Below, in pieces: positions 20,223 to 26,448 of a DNA stretch of 60,650 nt. Every line of letters begins with the position of its first letter. Position 1 is the first letter of the stretch. The stretch is from an uncultured bacterium (GTDB lineage Bacteria; Patescibacteriota; Microgenomatia; UBA1400; CG1-02-47-37). The notes under the pieces were generated by a model, which saw only the letters and a list, made by a program, of their open reading frames with translations, searched no databases and had not been told where the DNA came from. Location of the stretch: NCBI GenBank assembly GCA_963980215.1, contig CAXBYZ010000003.1:1-60650 (forward strand). The letters run 5' to 3'. The translations under genes and the position numbers were made by a program.

Positions 20223-20267
20223 TTAGATAATCTTAGAATATATTAGAAGAAATTGGAAGATATTAGA
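20223..20267. repeat. five 10-bp-phased direct repeats (TTAGA x4, TTGGA x1) in the wHTH/glyQS divergent promoter region
   Basis: The pentamers start at 20223, 20233, 20243, 20253 (TTGGA) and 20263, so the period is exactly 10 bp. The array begins at the start codon of the minus-strand wHTH gene. Confidence 0.7.
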
Positions 20268-20301
20268 TAACAAAACCTAGATCAAAGATCATTTAATTTT
20301 C

Positions 20302-20310
20302 TGATACAAT
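20302..20310 (+). promoter_or_regulatory. extended -10 promoter element (TGaTACAAT) for glyQS
   Basis: TGATACAAT ends 6 nt before ATG 20317. There is no SD. Confidence 0.4.
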
Positions 20311-20316
20311 AACAAT

Positions 20317-21675
20317 ATGGATGATACATTAAAAAAAGTTGTGGCCTTGGCAAAGCGAAGAGGGTTTATCTTCCCGGGATCCGAAATCTATGGGGGATTG
20401 GCTAATACTTACGACTATGGACCGCTTGGGGTTGAGATGTTAAGAAATATCAAAAACCATTGGTGGAACTACTTCGTCACTACCAGAGAAAACATCTTTG
20501 GTTTAGACACTAGTATCTTAATGAGCCCCAAAGTTTGGGAGTCATCCGGCCACACAAAAACCTTCACCGATACCCTAATCGAGTGCAAGCAGTGCCACCA
20601 AAGAACCAGAGCCGACCACCTAATTGAAAACAAACTCAAAGACATCAAGGTCGAGGGGCAATCACTAGAACAACTTCAAAAACTAATCGACGATAATAAA
20701 ATTACTTGCCCCAAGTGCGGTCAATTTAACTGGACTAAACTTCGAGACTTTAAGCTCTTATTTGAAACCAGTATTGGTATTGTCGAGGAATCAAAATCCC
20801 TAGCATACCTTAGAGGCGAAACTGCTCAAGGAATGTTTGTCGACTTTAAACAAATTTTAGACACCATGTCCCCTCGGCTTCCTTTTGGTTTAGCTCAATC
20901 CGGAAAATGTTTTAGAAACGAAATTACTCAGGGTCAAAATGTCTTTAGAACTCTAGAGTTTGAACTAGCAGAGTTTGAGTACTACATCAAAAAAGAGGAT
21001 TGGGAAAAAGAATTTGAGTATTGGAAAAAGGAAGTAGAAAATTTTGCCTTATCCCTAGGAGTTAAAAAAGCTAAACTAAAATGGCGCTCCCAAACCAAAG
21101 ACGAACTCTCCCACTATTCGTCCAGAACAGAAGACTTAGAATACAAATTTCCTTTTGGTTTTGGCGAGTGGTTTGCTTGTGCTTACCGGACAGACTTTGA
21201 CCTTAAAAACCACATGGAAAAATCTGGTGTAGATCTTCGCTACACCGACCCTAATACTCAGGAAAAATTTATTCCTCACGTGATTGAACCCACTTTTGGT
21301 TTATCCCGCACCATGCTAGTTTTATTGCTTGATGCTTATCACGAAGAAGGGGACAGAGTAGTATTAAAACTTGACCCTAAAATAGCTCCCTATAAAGTCG
21401 CTGTCTCACCTCTACTTTCTAACAAAGAAGAGTTGGTTAAAAAAGCCAGAGATATTTTTAAAACTTTGAGCCAAAAATTCTCTTGTAGATGGGATGCTAA
21501 CGGCAATATCGGCAAACGTTACCGCCGCCAAGATGAAGCCGGTACCCCTTGGTGTGTTACCGTGGACTTTGATTCGTTAAAAGACGACTCGGTTACTGTT
21601 CGAGATCGTGACACCATGAAGCAAACTAGAATGAAAATAGAAAAATTATCAACTTATTTTTCATCACACCTCTAA
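20317..21675 (+). CDS. glyQS: glycine--tRNA ligase (class II, homodimeric type)
   Basis: N-terminus VVALAKRRGFIFPGSEIYGGLANTYDYGPLGVEMLRNIK and an anticodon-binding C-terminus (IGKRYRRQDEAGTPWCVTVD). Confidence 0.92.
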   Translation: MDDTLKKVVALAKRRGFIFPGSEIYGGLANTYDYGPLGVEMLRNIKNHWWNYFVTTRENIFGLDTSILMSPKVWESSGHTKTFTDTLIECKQCHQRTRADHLIENKLKDIKVEGQSLEQLQKLIDDNKITCPKCGQFNWTKLRDFKLLFETSIGIVEESKSLAYLRGETAQGMFVDFKQILDTMSPRLPFGLAQSGKCFRNEITQGQNVFRTLEFELAEFEYYIKKEDWEKEFEYWKKEVENFALSLGVKKAKLKWRSQTKDELSHYSSRTEDLEYKFPFGFGEWFACAYRTDFDLKNHMEKSGVDLRYTDPNTQEKFIPHVIEPTFGLSRTMLVLLLDAYHEEGDRVVLKLDPKIAPYKVAVSPLLSNKEELVKKARDIFKTLSQKFSCRWDANGNIGKRYRRQDEAGTPWCVTVDFDSLKDDSVTVRDRDTMKQTRMKIEKLSTYFSSHL

Positions 21676-21694
21676 GGTGTGATAGAGGTATCCT

Positions 21695-22492
21695 ATGAAA
21701 AAATACTTAAAAATTGCCATTCCTGTATCTATTGTCCTAGTAGTTAGCGGCATCTTCTTTTTGAAAAAGAGTGCAAAAAAAGATGAAACTCCAAAACAAA
21801 TTGAAACTAGAAAAATAGAACAAATCAATAAATTAGCCATAAAAGAAAGACCTTTTGTTACTCTCTCTCCTCGAACCGATGGTAGAGAAGTTACTTTGAG
21901 TGTAGATAGGGTTTTTAATGCCATTGGTGCTGAGTACGAACTCGAGTACCAAACAGACACTTTGATTCAAGGAGTTTTTGGCACCCTAGAATTTAAAGGT
22001 CAAGACATGCCTCTAAAAAAAGACCTTCTTTTTGGCTCGTGTTCTAAAGGTAAATGTCGTTACGATGAAGGTGTCACCGGCGGTTCTTTGACCATGAGAT
22101 TTGAAGGTGGAGATCAGCCGTACACCTTGAAATCAGACTTTAATCTTCAAAACATGGCAGACAAAGAGGGTGTCTTTACCAGTAAAGACCTAAGAGCTAC
22201 TCTAGACGTTGGCGCTAGTTTGCCATCAAGCTCCTTTGTTCTTGTAGTAAACACCATGGGTTTGCCAGATGAAGTTAAAGAAACCGTAATAACTGGTCCA
22301 TACGCTTTCCTATCTTCAAGCGATCAAGCGCTTAAAAAGGCTACTATCACTTTTAAATCTAACCAAGATTTAACCGGAGCCAAAATTTTGTTTTGGGATG
22401 GGGATGCTTTCAAAGAACTAGAAGGTAAGCTAAGCGAAGGTCAAATTTCCGCCCCAGCTACCGCTCTTGGCACTTTTGTCTTGGTAAAATAA
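21695..22492 (+). CDS. hypothetical membrane-anchored protein
   Basis: 265-aa ORF with GAGGT 6 nt upstream and an N-terminal TM helix (IAIPVSIVLVVSGIFFL). I recognised no family. Confidence 0.6.
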   Translation: MKKYLKIAIPVSIVLVVSGIFFLKKSAKKDETPKQIETRKIEQINKLAIKERPFVTLSPRTDGREVTLSVDRVFNAIGAEYELEYQTDTLIQGVFGTLEFKGQDMPLKKDLLFGSCSKGKCRYDEGVTGGSLTMRFEGGDQPYTLKSDFNLQNMADKEGVFTSKDLRATLDVGASLPSSSFVLVVNTMGLPDEVKETVITGPYAFLSSSDQALKKATITFKSNQDLTGAKILFWDGDAFKELEGKLSEGQISAPATALGTFVLVK

Positions 22493-22497
22493 TTTTA

Positions 22498-22538
22498 AAC
22501 CTTCAAGGACAGTCCTTGAAGGTTAGTCCTTGAAGGTT
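22498..22538. repeat. 13-bp motif in three copies (one inverted, two tandem): hairpin/terminator or three-half-site operator
   Basis: AACCTTCAAGGAC (22498-22510), A, GTCCTTGAAGGTT (22512-22524), A, GTCCTTGAAGGTT (22526-22538). It starts 6 nt after the stop of the 21695-22492 gene and ends 11 nt before a TTGACA box. Confidence 0.6.
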
Positions 22539-22549
22539 AAACAAACTCG

Positions 22550-22579
22550 TTGACATTTGGGCATTATTCGTATTATTTT
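22550..22579 (+). promoter_or_regulatory. putative promoter of the HigB-like/HigA-like module
   Basis: TTGACA (22550-22555), 18-nt spacer, TATTTT (22574-22579), then 6 nt to ATG 22586. Confidence 0.4.
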
Positions 22580-22585
22580 AAAGTA

Positions 22586-22896
22586 ATGCCCTGGAAAGTT
22601 TACTACCTACCAAAAGTTCATAAATACTTACAAAAATTGTCAACAAAGATAGAAGTAAAACAAAAACAGCTATTGAGTTTTTAGAAAAATTCGGCCCTCT
22701 AATTAGGCCTCCGTTGAGTAAGAAAATCAAAAGAAATTTATATGAAATAAGAATTAAAGGTCAAGATTCTTATAGAATATTTTATACTAAAATTAAATCA
22801 ATTTACTACTTAGTACATATGTTTAAGAAAAAAACTCAAAAAATACCCAAGAAAGAAATCAAAGTAGCTCTTGACAGAATTAAACATATAATATAG
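22586..22896 (+). pseudogene. Gp49/HigB-like (RelE/ParE superfamily) toxin gene, frameshifted in a poly-A tract
   Basis: The N-terminal 32 codons (MPWKVYYLPKVHKYLQKLSTKIEVK...) stop at TAG 22682-22684. The rest (TAIEFLEKFGPL...LYEIRIKGQDSYRIFY...HMFKKKTQKIPKKEIKVALDRIK) is in another frame, open from 22624. One extra A in the A4 run at 22657-22660 would restore a single 103-aa ORF. Confidence 0.75.
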
Positions 22897-22910
22897 CATA
22901 TATGCTATAT
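22871..22910 (+). promoter_or_regulatory. putative internal promoter plus a 20-bp perfect palindrome at the toxin/antitoxin junction
   Basis: TTGACA (22871-22876), 17-nt spacer, TAGCAT (22894-22899). The palindrome ATATAGCATA|TATGCTATAT (22891-22910) covers the -10, the toxin stop and the first two bases of the antitoxin ATG. Confidence 0.45.
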
Positions 22911-23208
22911 GACTAAACAAAAATACATTGATTTCAGAGAAGACTTAAATCGTGAACTCAAAGATCCTGAGTTTAAAAAGGAATATCTTAAAATTCAACC
23001 AGAATTCGAAGTTACTCGTGCTTTAATTAAAGCACGAATTAATAAGGGTTTAACTCAAAAAAAACTAGCAAAAAAACTAAAAACTACACAATCAGCTATT
23101 TCTCGCCTAGAGTCTGGTCGAGCCAATCCAACCGTAGCTTTTCTCCAAAAGCTAGCTGATGCTTTTGATTCATACTTAGAAATCCGTTTCAAACCCCTCG
23201 CCACCTAA
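22909..23208 (+). CDS. XRE-family HTH antitoxin (HigA-like)
   Basis: 99 aa with an HTH segment (GLTQKKLAKKLKTTQSAISRLESGRANPTVAFLQKLA). It lies immediately downstream of the Gp49-like toxin. Confidence 0.8.
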   Translation: MTKQKYIDFREDLNRELKDPEFKKEYLKIQPEFEVTRALIKARINKGLTQKKLAKKLKTTQSAISRLESGRANPTVAFLQKLADAFDSYLEIRFKPLAT

Positions 23209-23831
23209 TCAGAGTCTTTTCTTTGCTCAAAGCTGTTTGGTAGCTTATCTGTAAAGTTATACTCTACAAATGGAACCTTAGTTGGACACCCTTGAGCATA
23301 GTAAGCACAGGCCTTTACAGGATCAAAGATAAAGGCAGAGTGGGTAAAACATTTTTCTTCACTCGGAGTAGTACAGATAGCAGTTTTACTATCACTATTT
23401 TTCCTATCTCTTAGAATATCTTTTAAACCTTCAAGATCACTAGCTTTAGAAACCAATACTTCTGCTCTTTTTTCATGAGTTTTAGACCAAACTTCAAAAC
23501 TAGGATCAGCATCAAATGAAAGATTTCTATTAGGAAGGGTCAAAAAATGATTAGTTTTAACTTTCCAGTTAGAGATTTTCTCAACAAAATACCTTTCCGG
23601 CACCCCCTCTACTCCATAACAATTATTCTTGTCAGAAACTAACATATTGCCACCAATCCTAGGATTAAAAGACTTAATTATCTCTACCGCTTCCTTAGCA
23701 CTCGAAGCATCAAGAATTAACCTAACATATGGTCTTCTAATATAAGAAACCTGATTTTCAGCCACCCTAACAAAAGTAGACACAAAAGAACCCCCCCCAA
23801 TCTTCAAGCAATATGCTAGATTTTCAATCAA
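23205..23831 (-). pseudogene. 5'-truncated remnant of a peptidase C45 / acyl-CoA:6-APA acyltransferase-family (Ntn-hydrolase) gene
   Basis: GGNMLVSDKNNCYGVEGVP, KTNHFL and the C-terminal AQGCPTKVPFVEY resemble the C-terminal half of C45 proteins. The N-terminal nucleophile region is absent. The ORF opens only at 23858 and uses TTG. Its first ~26 codons overlap a plus-strand remnant. Confidence 0.45.
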
Positions 23832-24030
23832 AGGTAATCGCGTTAGGGTTACCTGCGCTCATGAAGATGAAGTTTGGGGTTTAATTATAAACAGTAAGGC
23901 ATTATCTAAAAGCCTACAATCTATCTTCGAGCTCACCTGGCAAATGGCCACCCCCATCACAAAAAAAGTGATAAAATCCTGGGGAGATAACGAATTCCTA
24001 AAACAAGAAAAGAAGAAAAGTATTCACTAG
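23755..24030 (+). pseudogene. remnant of the C-terminal domain of a TrmB-like regulator (paralogue of 24662-25444)
   Basis: The open frame has no start codon. IKGNRVRVTCAHEDEVWGLIINSKALSKSLQSIFELTWQMA aligns without gaps to IYDGVFAFYHLFEGDLFGVEIHNKEIAKTQRQIFEVLWKQS at the C-terminus of the intact TrmB-like gene. Confidence 0.55.
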
Positions 24031-24279
24031 CAAACTTTTTTAATTTCCTCTAAGCTAAATCCAAAAAACATTACCTGCTTTACAATGCCTTTTGACAAAG
24101 TTGGATATATTTTGTGTGGAATAATAATAAAATTTCTCTGAATTCTATAATCTTTAGTTTTTTTAGTTGGATGCTTAAATTTATAAGCATGCTTACCTTT
24201 TCCTACTCTTCTTTCTTCAAATCCTAATTTTTTTTAAAGCCTTCACCCATTCCTTATAATTATTGGGAGGGTAAGACAT
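24027..24279 (-). pseudogene. hicA: HicA-like toxin gene, frameshifted in an A8 run
   Basis: MSYPPNNYKEWVKALKKIRI* stops at a TGA. With A7 instead of A8 (plus-strand T8 at 24228-24235) the frame reads ...ALKKLGFEERRVGKGKHAYKFKHP...IIIPHKIYPTLSKGIVKQVMFFGFSLEEIKKVC, 83 aa with the typical HicA layout. Confidence 0.7.
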
Positions 24280-24290
24280 GGTTAGATCTT

Positions 24291-24653
24291 TTAAGTTGTT
24301 GCTAAGTTTATATTCAAATAAGTAAGAGTTGGCACTTTTGGTTTTATCGTTTTACCATTAGGCAAGTTTAATCTCAAAGAATCAAGCATTCTTTTTGCAG
24401 TTGCTCTTGGAACATCAAAATAAGTCAAAATTGAATCAAAAATAGCTTCCCTTAACTCTTTATATGTTTCGCCGCTTGCTATAAGTCCAGGATATTTTTT
24501 TGACTCAATCCACATACCGCCACCTTTTTCTTTATGGAAAACAAACTCTTGCTCAAAATCGATACATGGAGCCTCGGGTAGGGGACGATTTAATAAATCA
24601 TGGGCAATAACATCTCTTATATCAAATAAGAAACTATTCAAAAAAGATAACAT
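24291..24653 (-). CDS. HicB-like antitoxin (N-terminal HicB fold only; no obvious DNA-binding domain)
   Basis: FVFHKEKGGGMWIESKKYPGLIASGETYKELREAIFDSILTYF matches the HicB pattern (…dGgy.a.vp.lPG..t.GeT.eEa...i.eai). It lies 11 nt upstream of the hicA-like gene. Start set at ATG 24653; the track's 24689 overlaps the upstream gene. Confidence 0.5.
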   Translation of the reverse strand: MLSFLNSFLFDIRDVIAHDLLNRPLPEAPCIDFEQEFVFHKEKGGGMWIESKKYPGLIASGETYKELREAIFDSILTYFDVPRATAKRMLDSLRLNLPNGKTIKPKVPTLTYLNINLATT

Positions 24654-24661
24654 ACAGCAAA

Positions 24662-25444
24662 TTATAGCATTTTTTTTGACTGCTTCCATAGCACTTCAAA
24701 AATCTGTCTTTGGGTTTTAGCAATTTCTTTGTTGTGAATCTCTACTCCAAAAAGATCACCTTCAAACAGGTGGTAGAAGGCAAATACGCCATCATAAATA
24801 TAAGTATCATGGTTAATATCAACAACAGACTTTAAGATAAATCTACATTCATAGAATCGATTATAGTCTTCAACCTTAGTCCACTCACTCATTTTAAGAA
24901 ATTGATTATTATTTTGAATTTCTCTTGATTTAATCTTCCGTTTAACCACCTCTTTTCTTAGTTTTTCAGCAAATTCCTTACCAACACCATCATTCCAGTC
25001 AGCATACCCGTAACCAACAAGTTCACTCTGAGTTTTTAAAGTATTCCACAGCATTTGTTGTAATCCATTTTTACCTCTAAAATACTTGACTTGAGTAGAA
25101 CCTGACGGTTGATGATTCAGAACCGAAAGCTCTGAAACCAACTTAGGTAACTTTTTTCTCTTCTCTTCCAGTTTAGATTCTTCCTTAGCAATCAAGATAT
25201 CTAACCTTTCTGGACTAACCGCCCTAGCTTTAAAACGATGTTGATCTAAAATCTCCTCCACTAAGCCAATATTGTTCAACTCCTCCAACACTCTATATAT
25301 AGTAGTTCTATTTAATTTACTCTCACGAGCCAACTCAACAGGTGTCAATAGATCTCGATTTAATAGAGTTAAATATACCTTAGCCTGTTTTCTATTCAAG
25401 CCAAAATCTTCTAATTTTTTCTCTAATTCATTAGTGTTCATCAT
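24662..25444 (-). CDS. TrmB-family transcriptional regulator
   Basis: N-terminal wHTH (FGLNRKQAKVYLTLLNRDLLTPVELARESKLNRTTIYRVLEELNNIGLVEE), then a coiled region and a C-terminal domain. The ATG at 25444 (MMNTNE) is preferred to the track's TTG at 25456. Confidence 0.75.
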   Translation of the reverse strand: MMNTNELEKKLEDFGLNRKQAKVYLTLLNRDLLTPVELARESKLNRTTIYRVLEELNNIGLVEEILDQHRFKARAVSPERLDILIAKEESKLEEKRKKLPKLVSELSVLNHQPSGSTQVKYFRGKNGLQQMLWNTLKTQSELVGYGYADWNDGVGKEFAEKLRKEVVKRKIKSREIQNNNQFLKMSEWTKVEDYNRFYECRFILKSVVDINHDTYIYDGVFAFYHLFEGDLFGVEIHNKEIAKTQRQIFEVLWKQSKKML

Positions 25445-25498
25445 ATCGAACAACAATTATACTTTAAATATCCCATAGTGTAAAGTGGCAGCTAATAT

Positions 25499-26425
25499 AT
25501 GAAAATATTTATCTTAAGTCCAAACTATAAACAACTAATTGTTGGCAACAAACTAGATGGTAAGCTCGAAAAAACTGGAGATTTAATTGTTGTGAGCAAA
25601 ATCCAACCACTTGAATCTATCAAAGAATTATTTCAAGGTAATGAGCCAAGAGTGTTAGCTATCGATCCAGATTTTTGTGACTGGAAAGTACCTAATGAAG
25701 CAATTAAAAAGATTCCAAATTTAAAGGCTATTTGTCTTCAAACAACTTCTTTTAGCTGGGTTGACATTGAATTCATGAAGAAAATTAATATTCCAGTTAT
25801 GAACTTAAGAGGATTCTCCTCTATAGCTGTAGCTGAATGGGCCACAATGATGGCTTTAAATGTAGCAAGGAAAATTCCACTAGTCGTTCAAGACAAGTGG
25901 AAATATGACTACAATAAACACAAAGGGGTTGAGATTAGAGGTAAAACAGCTGGAATAATTGGTTTGGGTAGTATTGGCACTGCTATTGCAGAGAACTGCA
26001 AAGGTTTAGGTATGAAAGTTCAATATTGGTCAAAAAACTCAAAAGATAAAAGATTTGACCCAGTAACCTTAAGCAAGTTAATGAAAACATCAGACTTAAT
26101 TCTTCCTGCTGTAGCTCAAAATGAAAGGACGAGAGGTTTGATAACTGACAAAATGTTAAAAAGCATGAAGCAAAATGCTATTTTTGTTAGCATAGTTCAT
26201 AAAATATATAATCATAAATTGCTAGAAAAACTAATTAAGCAAGAAAAAATCTATGGACTTGCTAACGAAGAAGAGGAAACAAACACAGCAAAGACTAAGG
26301 GAAATATCTGGACTGGCTTGCAACTGGCATGGTGTACAGAAGACTCAATGAGAAAAAATGCCCATCAATGGGTTGAATCTATTACTGATGCTTCTAAGGG
26401 AAAATATACAACCAAAGTGAATTAA
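25499..26425 (+). CDS. D-isomer-specific 2-hydroxyacid dehydrogenase-family protein (catalytic residues appear degenerate)
   Basis: It has the NAD-binding GIIGLGSIGTAIAENCKGLGMKV. The region that should carry the catalytic Arg and His reads VSIVHK and LAWCTEDS. Confidence 0.65.
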   Translation: MKIFILSPNYKQLIVGNKLDGKLEKTGDLIVVSKIQPLESIKELFQGNEPRVLAIDPDFCDWKVPNEAIKKIPNLKAICLQTTSFSWVDIEFMKKINIPVMNLRGFSSIAVAEWATMMALNVARKIPLVVQDKWKYDYNKHKGVEIRGKTAGIIGLGSIGTAIAENCKGLGMKVQYWSKNSKDKRFDPVTLSKLMKTSDLILPAVAQNERTRGLITDKMLKSMKQNAIFVSIVHKIYNHKLLEKLIKQEKIYGLANEEEETNTAKTKGNIWTGLQLAWCTEDSMRKNAHQWVESITDASKGKYTTKVN

Positions 26426-26448
26426 TTTAAGGTTCCGAACCTTAAATT
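26424..26448. terminator. bidirectional hairpin between convergent genes
   Basis: AATTTAAGGTT-CCG-AACCTTAAATT gives an 11-bp stem. It overlaps both stop codons (26423-26425 and 26442-26444). The flanks are A/T-rich. Confidence 0.45.

Noticed and set aside
20223-20316. Possible T-box leader upstream of glyQS; likewise 52626-52653 upstream of ileS
   Set aside because: The gaps are only 94 and 28 nt, far too short for a T-box (about 200 nt or more). I saw no specifier-loop or T-box sequence.
22511-22538. Tandem 14-bp repeat considered as a minimal CRISPR-like or iteron array
   Set aside because: There are only two adjacent copies with no spacers and no cas genes. It is better explained as a duplicated hairpin arm and is reported as a finding instead.
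22493-25498. Accessory islet as an integrated mobile element or prophage remnant
   Set aside because: I could recognise no integrase, transposase, terminal inverted repeats or flanking direct repeats. The only tRNA is 33 kb away. It is described as a decayed islet without a mobility claim.
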